A DNA stretch of 64,000 nucleotides from Alphaproteobacteria bacterium (GTDB taxonomy: Bacteria > Pseudomonadota > Alphaproteobacteria > SP197), in assembly GCA_965228895.1 (NCBI GenBank), contig OZ245842.1, positions 2,784,001 to 2,848,000 on the forward strand, read 5' to 3'. This document shows, piece after piece, positions 40,940 to 49,879 of this stretch. The stretch's first letter is position 1. Every line of letters begins with the position of its first letter. The translations under genes and the position numbers were made by a program. The notes under the pieces are model-generated. The model was not told the origin of the DNA. It saw only the letters and a program-made list of their open reading frames with translations, and did no database searches.

Positions 40940-41419
40940 ATGACCAAACCGTTTGACGTTGTTGCCGGGGCGCTTGCGATTTTCCTGTTCGCCGCGGGGT
41001 CCGCATTTGCCGCGGGCGGTTCCAGTAACGACACCAACTCCTATGACGACACGCCAGCGGGTTCGGCGCTCAAGTCGGGGATGGACGCCGTCAATGACGA
41101 GGATTGGCCGCTGGCAATCCAGGAATTCACGATCGCAACCCAAGAAGACCCCAACAGCGCCGACGCGTTCAACATGCTGGCCTACAGCTATCGTCAGTCG
41201 GGCGACCTGGACAACGCATTCGCCAACTACGACAAGGCGCTTGCCCTCGATCCCGACCATGAAGACGCCCACGAGTACCTCGGCGAGGCCTACCTGGCAG
41301 CAGGCGATCTGGCCAAAGCGGAAGAACAGCTGGCCATCCTTGACGACATCTGCTGGCTGGGCTGCGACGCCTATGACGAGCTGGAAGAGGCCATTTCGAT
41401 CTACAAGGCCAGCAACTAG
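40940..41419 (+). CDS. Secreted TPR protein
   Basis: Signal peptide (AFA), ADAFNMLAYSYR, ALALDP.H..A.EYLGE.YL, C...C. Confidence 0.85.
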   Translation: MTKPFDVVAGALAIFLFAAGSAFAAGGSSNDTNSYDDTPAGSALKSGMDAVNDEDWPLAIQEFTIATQEDPNSADAFNMLAYSYRQSGDLDNAFANYDKALALDPDHEDAHEYLGEAYLAAGDLAKAEEQLAILDDICWLGCDAYDELEEAISIYKASN

Positions 41420-41487
41420 CCTGCCTATTGTCCTTTGCCCGTTTGACGCCCTACGATCGATCATGACGGTCGCTACGGGGACAAGAC

Positions 41488-42357
41488 ATGGCGGTGCTTT
41501 CTGACGATCAAGTCGCTCAATTCAAACGCGACGGCTACGTTATCGTCCGTCAGTTGGTCACCGGCGCACCGCTTGAGGCGGCACGCCGGCAATTGGCGGC
41601 ATGGGTCGACGAAAGCAAGTCCCAGTCAAGCAACTGGGGTGAATGCCTTGACGGCAAAGCACGCTTCGATTTGGCGGACGGCCACCGCGCCGACCGCCCG
41701 CTGCTTCGACGCATCTCCAATCCAGCGGAAATCTCGCCGGTCATCAAAGACATCCTGTTCGACAGTGCGATACCCGATGCCATCACCGATCTGATTGGCC
41801 CGGATATCAAATTCCACCATTGCAAAATCAACGTAAAACTGCCGAGCTCGCCGACCTATGTCGGTTGGCACCAGGACCATGCCTACGATCCGCACACCAA
41901 CGACGATGTCGTCGTCGCTCTCCTGATGCTGGATGACGTGACGGAAGACATGGGACCGCTGATGGTCGTGCCTGGTTCCCACAAGACGCCTCTTAGTCTC
42001 TTCAAAGACGGCCGCTATACGGGAGCCATCGGCGAAGAACATCACAGCGCTTTCGAGCAGGCCGCCCTACCGATGACCGGCCGTGCCGGCGATGTCATCT
42101 TGCAGCATACCTGGATGGTTCATGGCGGCGGCTCCAACACCACCAGCAATCCGCGCGCGATGCTGATCTGTGATTACACGGCAGCCGACGCCTTCCCGCT
42201 GACGCCGCCCGCCATGCCTAGTGCCCAGTTCGGCGCGATTGTGCGTGGTCAGCCGACCCGTTTTGCGCGATTGAAAGAGACGGTGATTGAAATGCCCGAG
42301 GCTTACACCGACGACTCCTTCTTTGGGCTGCAAGGGCAAAAGGCAGCCGCCGAATAG
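41488..42357 (+). CDS. Phytanoyl-CoA dioxygenase (PhyH) family Fe/2OG enzyme
   Basis: F.RDGY, WHQD, GPL.VVPGSH, HGG..N, distal R. Confidence 0.9.
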   Translation: MAVLSDDQVAQFKRDGYVIVRQLVTGAPLEAARRQLAAWVDESKSQSSNWGECLDGKARFDLADGHRADRPLLRRISNPAEISPVIKDILFDSAIPDAITDLIGPDIKFHHCKINVKLPSSPTYVGWHQDHAYDPHTNDDVVVALLMLDDVTEDMGPLMVVPGSHKTPLSLFKDGRYTGAIGEEHHSAFEQAALPMTGRAGDVILQHTWMVHGGGSNTTSNPRAMLICDYTAADAFPLTPPAMPSAQFGAIVRGQPTRFARLKETVIEMPEAYTDDSFFGLQGQKAAAE

Positions 42358-42487
42358 CGGCTTGCCGCGGCCGCCCCTCGGCATCATCGCCAATCTGTCC
42401 AAATCGCACGGCGATGCAGTCATAATGGGTCAGCTAAGCCCGTCCAATTGATGTAGAGCGGATTCCCGTGATTAGATGGGGCACTGC

Positions 42488-42627
42488 TTAGAGCAGGTCC
42501 CGTTTCGATGAAATCGCTTCGCGACGCCATCAAAATAGGTGAATCTGCTCTACACATAGATAGAGAGCGGATTCACGTGGTTAGGTGGGAACGTCCATCG
42601 GTTCCACCCAACCACGATCCGCTCTAG
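42488..42627. repeat. 140-bp bipartite palindromic repeat, copy 2 (partial third arm at 42454-42465)
   Basis: Same length, ends and arms as 32934-33073. Confidence 0.88.
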
Positions 42628-42639
42628 GGGGGTAGTTTC

Positions 42640-43083
42640 ATGTTTAAGAAGATCGTCGTGCCGGTGGACGGCTCGGAGCATGCCTTGGAGGCAGTCGACG
42701 CCGCGGTCGATTTGGCCGGCAAGTACGATTCTGAGATCTATCTGGTCAATGTGAGTCGGCGTGCCAAGTACACCGGCGACATCGACAGGTTCGCACAGAG
42801 CGAGTACCGCCAGGCCGGCTCGTCCTTCGTCACTGACGAACTGGCGAAGAACATTCTGGAGAACGCGCGGACCCGGGCACGACAGGCAGGCAAGGCCGAC
42901 CCCAAGTTCGAACTGCGCGAAGGCAATGTCGCTCGTTCGATTGTCGACTTCGCCAAGGAAGTCAAAGCCGACTGCATCGTCATGGGCAGCCGCGGCCTGG
43001 GCGATATCGACAGCATGCTGCTGGGCAGTGTCTCGCACAAGGTGTCGAGCCTGGCGTCCTGCACAGTCGTCGTCGTTCGCTGA
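42640..43083 (+). CDS. Universal stress protein
   Basis: KIVVPVDGSE, IVMGSRG, LLGSVS.KV. Confidence 0.93.
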   Translation: MFKKIVVPVDGSEHALEAVDAAVDLAGKYDSEIYLVNVSRRAKYTGDIDRFAQSEYRQAGSSFVTDELAKNILENARTRARQAGKADPKFELREGNVARSIVDFAKEVKADCIVMGSRGLGDIDSMLLGSVSHKVSSLASCTVVVVR

Positions 43084-43113
43084 CGCCACCTCGTTGCCTG
43101 TAGTCCGCTCATC

Positions 43114-43653
43114 ATGGCGTACCCGGAACCCGTCATCATGCCCTATCACGGCACGTGGCCGACACTGCATCCCCGTTCCCTGGTGGTGCCCGGCGCGGCG
43201 GTCATCGGTGACGTCACCCTGGCCGAAGAGGCGAGTGTCTGGTTCAACGCCACGGTGCGCGGCGACGATGGTCCGATCACCATTGGCGCACGCAGCAACG
43301 TGCAGGATAACGCCATCATCCACGTCTCGACGGAGTACCCGACGATCATCGGCGACGACGTCACGATTGGCCATGCCGTCCATCTGCACGCCTGCCACCT
43401 GCAAAGCGGTTGCCTGATCGGTAGCGGCGCGATTGTTCTAGACGGCGCCACGGTCGAGACCGGCGCCCAGGTCGCCGCCGGCGCACTTGTCTCCCCCGGC
43501 AAGACGGTGAAGGCCGGCGAACTGTGGGCCGGGGTGCCCGCGAAAAAGCTCCGCGACCTCTCCGACGAAGAGGCCGGTTGGATCGTCGAGAACGCACGCT
43601 GGTACGTGAAGGAAGTCCACGAGTACCGCGAGGAACTCGGCCAGACGGACTGA
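43114..43653 (+). CDS. Gamma carbonic anhydrase family protein
   Basis: RGD, SNVQD..IH, TIGH..LH, hexapeptide repeats, G.PAK. Confidence 0.92.
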   Translation: MAYPEPVIMPYHGTWPTLHPRSLVVPGAAVIGDVTLAEEASVWFNATVRGDDGPITIGARSNVQDNAIIHVSTEYPTIIGDDVTIGHAVHLHACHLQSGCLIGSGAIVLDGATVETGAQVAAGALVSPGKTVKAGELWAGVPAKKLRDLSDEEAGWIVENARWYVKEVHEYREELGQTD

Positions 43654-43718
43654 GCCGTGGCAGCTTCGGCCGTCTCCCTGCTAGCATGCCGACACATGCT
43701 CTTGGGGAGGAACGGAAG

Positions 43719-44471
43719 ATGTCGAACTTCAAAGGTTTGAAGGTTCTTGTGACCGGCTCGACACGCGGCATTGGCAAGGCGACCGTGCGGGCGTTTCGCG
43801 ACGCAGGCGCCATAGTCGCGGTCAACGGACGCAAACCTGAAGCCGTCGCGGCCACGATCGACGAGCTGGGCGGTGAGCGCCTGATCGCGGCACCCGGTGA
43901 CGTCGCCACGGCCGCGGCCTGCGACCAACTCGTCGGCGATGCCGTCACCTCGCTCGGCGGCCTCGACATCCTCGTCAACAACGCCGGCGTCTTCAGCGAA
44001 GGCCCGGTCGATGATGTCGGTGAAGACACTTATGACTGGCTGATGGATATCAACGTCAAGGGCGTCTTCTTCTGCAGCAAGGCGGCGCTACCTTCCTTGC
44101 GCGAAAGCAACGGATCGATCGTCAACACGGCATCGGAATCGGGCCTGGTCGGCAACGCGAACATGGCGCTCTATTGCGCCAGCAAAGGCGCGGTCGCCAA
44201 CCTGACGCGCGCCATGGCGTTCGATCTGGCGCCGGCGGTTCGCGTCAACGCGGTCTGCCCCGGCGGCGTCATGACCGACATGGTGACCGACGGGCAAGAC
44301 ATCACAGCCGACGACCCGTCGCTCGACGAGCTCAAGAACTATGCGCCCATGAAACGTATCGGCCTGCCGGAAGAGATTGCCGACGCGATCCTCTATCTGG
44401 CCAACCCCGCATCAAGGTTCACGACAGGCGCCATGCTGTCGGTCGACGGCGGCTCCACCGCCTGCCGCTAA
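43719..44471 (+). CDS. SDR oxidoreductase
   Basis: TGSTRGIG, NNAG, YCASK, VNAVCPG; GGAGG RBS. Confidence 0.92.
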   Translation: MSNFKGLKVLVTGSTRGIGKATVRAFRDAGAIVAVNGRKPEAVAATIDELGGERLIAAPGDVATAAACDQLVGDAVTSLGGLDILVNNAGVFSEGPVDDVGEDTYDWLMDINVKGVFFCSKAALPSLRESNGSIVNTASESGLVGNANMALYCASKGAVANLTRAMAFDLAPAVRVNAVCPGGVMTDMVTDGQDITADDPSLDELKNYAPMKRIGLPEEIADAILYLANPASRFTTGAMLSVDGGSTACR

Positions 44472-44564
44472 GATTTGGCAAAAAAGATGACAAGCTGATG
44501 TCAGCGGCTCATGCTGTTCCCCGTGGGCAATCTTCACGGGTTAACCGTGGATCGGGAGGACATC

Positions 44565-45686
44565 ATGAACCGCGTTAAAATGATTGACCGGCTGTCCCAA
44601 GGCAGGCTCAGCCGGCGCGAGGTCAAACAGTTGGCAGCGGCGGCCGGCGTCGTCGGTGTGACGGCGCCCGTCATAAACCGCCCGGCAAGGGCAGCAAGCG
44701 GTGAGGATCTGACCTATTTCACCTGGGGCGGATTCGAAGACCCGAACCTGTTCCCGACGTTTGTCAGCAGGTACGGCGACCCTGTCGTCACCTTCTATGG
44801 CGACGAGTACGAAGCGATCGAAAAGCTGCGTGCCGGCTATGAGGCCGATGTCGTCTGTCCGTGCATCGATGTCATGCCGAACTGGATGCGTGTTGGCCTC
44901 AAGCCGATCGACGAAAGCAGGTTGGAGTATCTGGACGACACCTTCGAGTCGATCCGGAGTCCCGAGGCGGCGTTCGACAAGGGCGAGCGCTACTATGTGC
45001 CGACCTATTACGGCTTCACCTCGTTCGTCTACCGCACGGACTTGACGGACATCACACCGGAAACGGAATCGTGGAAACTGTTCTTCGACGACACGTACGC
45101 CGGGCGCATCGCGATCTGGGATAGCACCGATGCGGTCATCCCGGTCGCGTCGCTTGCTGCTGGTGATCTGGAAGATCCCTATCGTCCGTCGGCCGAACGG
45201 CTGGAAGAGGTCGAGGCGTTAATGCGCAAGCAACGCGACCTCGTGCGTTTCTATTGGGGCGAGCAGACGTCGGCCCTGGAAGCGTTCGTGTCCGGCGAGG
45301 TCGTCTTGAGCTATGTCTGGTCGGCGGCCATTCCGCCCCTGCTTGAATCGGGCATTCCGTTCAAGTGGGCGCAACCGCAGGAAGGTCTCATCAGCTATGT
45401 CTGCGGTCTGTCGCGCGCCAACAAGGAAGGCACAGACGAAGCGTTGGTCTACGACTTCATCAACGCCAGCATGTCACCGGAAGCCGGCGCCTACATGATC
45501 GAGGTCTTTGCGCTCGGTGCCGCCAACAAGTCGTCCTACGACTTGGTTGATGCCGATGTTCTGGAGCGAAACGGCCTGTCGACACCGGAGGAGTCACTGG
45601 CGGGATCGCACACCTATCAGTTCGTCCCGGTCGATTTGAAGCAGGAGCATATTGCAATCTTCGACGAGATTCGCGCCGGTTTCTAA
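44565..45686 (+). CDS. PotD/PotF-like ABC substrate-binding protein, Tat signal
   Basis: LSRREV, FTWGGF, YAGRI, PQEG. Confidence 0.82.
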   Translation: MNRVKMIDRLSQGRLSRREVKQLAAAAGVVGVTAPVINRPARAASGEDLTYFTWGGFEDPNLFPTFVSRYGDPVVTFYGDEYEAIEKLRAGYEADVVCPCIDVMPNWMRVGLKPIDESRLEYLDDTFESIRSPEAAFDKGERYYVPTYYGFTSFVYRTDLTDITPETESWKLFFDDTYAGRIAIWDSTDAVIPVASLAAGDLEDPYRPSAERLEEVEALMRKQRDLVRFYWGEQTSALEAFVSGEVVLSYVWSAAIPPLLESGIPFKWAQPQEGLISYVCGLSRANKEGTDEALVYDFINASMSPEAGAYMIEVFALGAANKSSYDLVDADVLERNGLSTPEESLAGSHTYQFVPVDLKQEHIAIFDEIRAGF

Positions 45687-45768
45687 CACCGGCCCACGGC
45701 TATGCCGGCCCTCGCCTCCGAGAGAACGAAGGCAAGGGTCGGCAGGTCCGCTAGATTGTTCTTTGGTC

Positions 45769-46116
45769 TCAGCGCGCGGCGATGCAGGCGATCTCGACCT
45801 TCAGGTCGGGTGCGGCCAATGCCGCCTCGACCGTGGCGCGGCAGGGCTTGTTGTGCGCGTCGACCCACTCGTCCCACACCTCGTTCATCTTCGCCCACTT
45901 GCCGATATCGGTGAGCCAGATATTGACCATCAGAAGCTTCGACTTGTCACTGCCGCACAGCGCCAGGGACCGGTCGATCTCCGCCAGGATCTGTCGGGTC
46001 TGCCCCCGGACGCCCTGACTGGTGTCGGTCGCGGTTTTGCCGGAAACGTAAACGGTGTCGCCGTGAACAATCGCGCCGCAGAAGAATTGGCCGGGTTCGT
46101 GACGAATGATGGTCAT
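45769..46116 (-). CDS. RidA/YoaB-like (Rid family) protein
   Basis: VYVSG, MNEVWD.W, PCRATVEA.L, VEI. Confidence 0.9.
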   Translation of the reverse strand: MTIIRHEPGQFFCGAIVHGDTVYVSGKTATDTSQGVRGQTRQILAEIDRSLALCGSDKSKLLMVNIWLTDIGKWAKMNEVWDEWVDAHNKPCRATVEAALAAPDLKVEIACIAAR

Positions 46117-46186
46117 GGATTAGGCTCCCGTGGTTTTTGGTTGTGATCACGGGAGCCTATAACACCTTTGCGGTTTCGGTGCTGCC

Positions 46187-46531
46187 TTAGATGGCCGCTG
46201 TCAGCGTGACCTCGATGCCGAAATCGAGCGCCAGGCCCGCCTCGACGGTCGCGCGGCACGGCTTGCTGTCGGAGTCGATCCATTCCAGCCAGACTTTGTT
46301 CATCTGCTGGAAGGTCGCCATGTCCTGCAGATAGACGTTGACCATCAAGACCTTGGACTTATGGCTGCCGCATGCGCCGAGGATGCGGTCGATCTCGACG
46401 AACACCTGACGCGACTGGCCTTCGACATCCTGGCTGGTATCGGCGGCGACTTGGCCCGAAAGATAGACGGTGTCGCCGTGGATCGAGGCGGCGCTGTACC
46501 AGTCCTTGGGCTCGATACGTTTAACGGTCAT
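46187..46531 (-). CDS. RidA/YoaB-like (Rid family) protein
   Basis: VYLSGQV, MNKVW, PCRATVEA.L, IEV. Confidence 0.9.
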   Translation of the reverse strand: MTVKRIEPKDWYSAASIHGDTVYLSGQVAADTSQDVEGQSRQVFVEIDRILGACGSHKSKVLMVNVYLQDMATFQQMNKVWLEWIDSDSKPCRATVEAGLALDFGIEVTLTAAI

Positions 46532-46668
46532 GAATGCTCTCCTTATTGAAGCCGGGCGCGCGGATCCTAACAGACACGACGGCGCAACAAAGCCCAGCCT
46601 TTGCCCCTTTTCTCGCGAGACGCAAGGCCCTACGGTTTGTCGGTACGATAACCGGAAGGAATCATCCC

Positions 46669-48099
46669 GTGCCCCTGCCCTCTGACGGATTGATCATGGT
46701 GGTCAAACGCGACTGCCCGACCTGCCAGTTGATCGTTCCGGTCGCTCGCGAGCTGGCCGAGCGCGGCATGCTGGCCGGACTCTACAGCCAGGACGATCCC
46801 GGCTTTCCCGAGGCGCTGGACGTCCTTGATGACGGCGAGCTCGAAGCCTCGTTTCATCTGGATATCGACATCGTGCCGACGCTGGTGCGCCGGGAGGCCG
46901 GCCAGGAAACAGCACGCGCCATCGGTTGGCACCGCGGCGAATGGCAGAACCTGACCGGCGTCAATGATCTGGGCGCCGACCTCCCGGACGAACGGCCGGG
47001 CTGCGGCTCGCTCTCGGTCGGCCCCGGCATGGCGGAAGAGCTTCAAGCCCGTTTCGGCGAGACCGGGCTCAAGGCCCGCGAAGTCCCGGTCGATTTTCCC
47101 GAAGACCCGATCGAGCAGATGTTCGACCGCGGCTGGACCGACGGCCTGCCCGTCGTGCCGCCGACACCGGCCCGCGTGCTGCGCATGCTGGACGGCACAT
47201 CACGGTCGCCCGACGACTTGGTCGGTAAGATCCCACCGGGCTTCGACGACTGCACGGTCGAAAAAGCCGCCATCAACGCGGTGATGGCCGGCTGCCGGCC
47301 GGACTATTTTCCAGTCGTGCTGGCCGCCCTTGATGCCGCTATGGACCCCGACTTCGCGTGGAGCGGCCTGTTGTCGACGACCATGGGCGCAGGGGTCGCC
47401 GTGGTCGTCAACGGTCCGATCGCCAAACGCATCGGCATGAACACCGGCATCAACGTGCTGGGCCACGGCAATCGCGCCAACGCGACGATCGCGCGTGCGC
47501 TGCTGCTGACGGCGATCAATGTCGGCGGCGCGGTGCCCGGCGGTGTCGACCGGTCGACGCTCGGCCATCCCGGCAAACACGGGCTCGCCTTTGCCGAAGA
47601 CGAAAGCGATCCCGATTGGCAGCCGCTTGCCTTCTCGCGCGGCTTCGAACCGGGCAAATCCGCCGTCACCGTGTTCGGCTTCTGCGGCACCAGCATCAAC
47701 AACGACGAGAAGGCGCGCGATGGCGAGGGCCTGACCCGGAGCCTGGCGCGCAGCCTCAACAGTTTCTATGACCCGCGTCTGACCGGCGGTGGGATCGGCG
47801 CCATGCTCGTCTTGTCGCCGGAATACTGGCGCGTCTACAAGGCGAGCGGCTGGGACCGCAGCCGGATCGAAGCCGGGCTTCACGAAGCGACAAAACGCAC
47901 CGAGGACATGATAGGGAACGACATCGTCGCCGCCCATGACGGCCCCGGCGACACGAGCGGCCTAACGGCGAAGTTTGCGCCGGGTGACCTCATCGTCGTA
48001 CGCGCCGGTGGCGCGGCGGGCCTGTTCTCGACTATCATCCAGGGCTGGGCCAGCGGCCCGACCGGCAGCCAGCCCGTGACCAGGGAGGTTATCCCATGA
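46669..48099 (+). CDS. Thioredoxin-like (CPTC) domain fused to a conserved uncharacterised domain (GWTDGLPVVPPT), partner of the UGSC protein
   Basis: VKRDCPTC, VPTL (cis-Pro), PGCGS linker, A.NAVMAGC, N.ANA.I.RA; ATGA-coupled to next gene; start assumed at GTG 46669. Confidence 0.8.
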   Translation: MPLPSDGLIMVVKRDCPTCQLIVPVARELAERGMLAGLYSQDDPGFPEALDVLDDGELEASFHLDIDIVPTLVRREAGQETARAIGWHRGEWQNLTGVNDLGADLPDERPGCGSLSVGPGMAEELQARFGETGLKAREVPVDFPEDPIEQMFDRGWTDGLPVVPPTPARVLRMLDGTSRSPDDLVGKIPPGFDDCTVEKAAINAVMAGCRPDYFPVVLAALDAAMDPDFAWSGLLSTTMGAGVAVVVNGPIAKRIGMNTGINVLGHGNRANATIARALLLTAINVGGAVPGGVDRSTLGHPGKHGLAFAEDESDPDWQPLAFSRGFEPGKSAVTVFGFCGTSINNDEKARDGEGLTRSLARSLNSFYDPRLTGGGIGAMLVLSPEYWRVYKASGWDRSRIEAGLHEATKRTEDMIGNDIVAAHDGPGDTSGLTAKFAPGDLIVVRAGGAAGLFSTIIQGWASGPTGSQPVTREVIP

Positions 48100-48623
48100 C
48101 CGAAACCACCGTTCTTCTCGATCCGACATCGGAGCGGGCGGGCGCCATGCGGTCGCGGCAAGCGCCGCCGCCGTCGCTCGACGGCCTGACGGTCGGCCTG
48201 CTCGATATCAGCAAGCCGCGCGGCGACGTTTTCCTCGACCGCCTGGAAAGTCTCTTGGGAAATCGAGGCATCACGGTCGAACGCTTCGCCAAGCCGACCG
48301 TCGCGAAGAAAGCGCCGGACGAGGTCATCGCCTCGATTGTCGAACGCTGCGATGTCGTGATTGAGGCGCTGGCCGATTGAGGCTCTTGCACGTCGTGCAG
48401 TCTGCAGGACATGTTGGAACTTGATCGACGCGGCCTCCCCGCCATCGCCGTGTTTTCCGAAGAGTTTGAGTCCGGTGTCATCGCGTGGCGCGAGCTGCAC
48501 GGCTTCGATGCCGGCGCGGTCTATGTGCGCCACCCGATCCAACCGCTGACCGACGACGAGGTGAACGAACGCGCCGACGCGGTGTTCGACACCATCATCG
48601 CGGGTATTACCCGGCCAGCCTAA
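48096..48623 (+). CDS. UGSC-family selenoprotein (UGA 48378-48380 read as Sec), 175 aa
   Basis: ORFs 48096-48380 and 48411-48623 are in one frame: ...EALAD-U-GSCTSCSLQDMLELDRRGLPA...HPIQ. Confidence 0.88.
48381..48410 (+). promoter_or_regulatory. Putative bacterial SECIS element
   Basis: GTCGTGCAGTCTGCAGGAC hairpin starts 12 nt after the UGA; resembles the UGCAGGUCUGCA apical stem-loop of E. coli fdhF. Confidence 0.65.
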
Positions 48624-48632
48624 GGAACAAGT

Positions 48633-49232
48633 GTGACATTGCGGGTCGTCGGTGCGGGAGTGGGTCGAACGGGGACAGCGTCGTTGAAGTTGGCTTTGGA
48701 ACAGCTGCTCGGCGGCAAGTGCCATCACATGTTCGAGGTGGCAGATAACCGTGACCAGGTTCCGGTCTGGACCGCTGCCGCCAATGGGAATATGCCGGAC
48801 TGGGGACAGTTTCTGAGCGGATACACCGCACTTGTCGATTGGCCTGGTGCATCGTTCTGGCCCGAGTTGAGCAGAGCTTTCCCGCATGCCCTCGTCCTCC
48901 TGTCGGTTCGCGATCCGGAAAGCTGGTACAAAAGCGCGAGCGAATCCATTTTTCTGGACGATCTCGAGGAGGAAACGGACTTCGACGTGATGTGGAGGTC
49001 CATCGTCCGCAACCGCTTCTGCGACGACCTGGGAAGCAAGGAAATGGTCATCGCCGCCATGATTGCCCATAACAAGGCCGTGGAAGCGGCGATACCGGCG
49101 AACCGGCTGCTGCGCTGGCAGGCCGGTGACGGGTGGGAGCCAATATGCGCGGCACTGGGCGTACCGGTTCCCGATGAACCGTTTCCGCACACCAACACAA
49201 AAAAACAGTTTCTCGCGAAAAACGGCCCGTAG
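48633..49232 (+). CDS. Sulfotransferase-like P-loop protein
   Basis: VVGAGVGRTGT.SLK.AL, C.HM, VDWP, RDPESW..S, GDGWEPIC..LG..VP..PFP. Confidence 0.85.
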   Translation: MTLRVVGAGVGRTGTASLKLALEQLLGGKCHHMFEVADNRDQVPVWTAAANGNMPDWGQFLSGYTALVDWPGASFWPELSRAFPHALVLLSVRDPESWYKSASESIFLDDLEEETDFDVMWRSIVRNRFCDDLGSKEMVIAAMIAHNKAVEAAIPANRLLRWQAGDGWEPICAALGVPVPDEPFPHTNTKKQFLAKNGP

Positions 49233-49252
49233 AAAACCGTATCGTTCCTTGC

Positions 49253-49867
49253 TTACAGCATGGTGGATCGCTGGCGCGTGGGACGTCCAACGAAAAGAAC
49301 GAAGAAGGCAAGCGTTGCTCCCAGCGCATTGAACACAAGATCAAGGGCCGTGTTGTAGTAGCCCCCGACACCGGTCTCCGGCGACACCACCACGGCCAGA
49401 AACTCGACGAGTTCGTTGACCGCGCCAAATCCCATGCTTGCGACCGCGCTAAGGACGAGAACCATCGTTGCGTAGGGACGAGCACAGTAGGGCCTGAGCA
49501 GGTGATGCACGACAAAGGTGGTCACAAAGAACCCGTAGAAATGTACGACTTGATCAAACCTTAAGACGAACCCGTCACCCGACCCGAACACGTGCACGAT
49601 CTCAAAGGCGTAGAGCACCCGGTCGCCCACAACGACACCGCCGCCCGCCATGTGCAGCAACCCCCACAGCGACAGCAACCACAGCAACCATGGTGGGAAC
49701 TGCGTTCGGTTCAGCGTCAGGCCGATAAGGACCATGAAGAACAGAAGGACGGCGACGTACCAGAGGAACTCATAGTTCTCGATGGCGAAGTAGTAGATGC
49801 CAAACCCAGCGACGTAGGCCAGGTTTGCCACAATGAGCCATAGATGTCGGCGGATGAGATCCATCAA
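49253..49867 (-). CDS. DUF2238-like integral membrane protein
   Basis: H..GG, FD..VHF.G, E..EF, T..DL..N..GA. Confidence 0.7.
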   Translation of the reverse strand: MMDLIRRHLWLIVANLAYVAGFGIYYFAIENYEFLWYVAVLLFFMVLIGLTLNRTQFPPWLLWLLSLWGLLHMAGGGVVVGDRVLYAFEIVHVFGSGDGFVLRFDQVVHFYGFFVTTFVVHHLLRPYCARPYATMVLVLSAVASMGFGAVNELVEFLAVVVSPETGVGGYYNTALDLVFNALGATLAFFVLFVGRPTRQRSTML

Positions 49868-49879
49868 ACTTGCAAAGGT

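Noticed and set aside
32934-42627. CRISPR array
   Set aside because: The repeats are dispersed palindromes with no repeat-spacer periodicity and no cas genes
48096-48623. Nonsense pseudogene or two small genes
   Set aside because: The UGA falls exactly in a UxxC motif with a SECIS-like hairpin, so recoding is the better explanation
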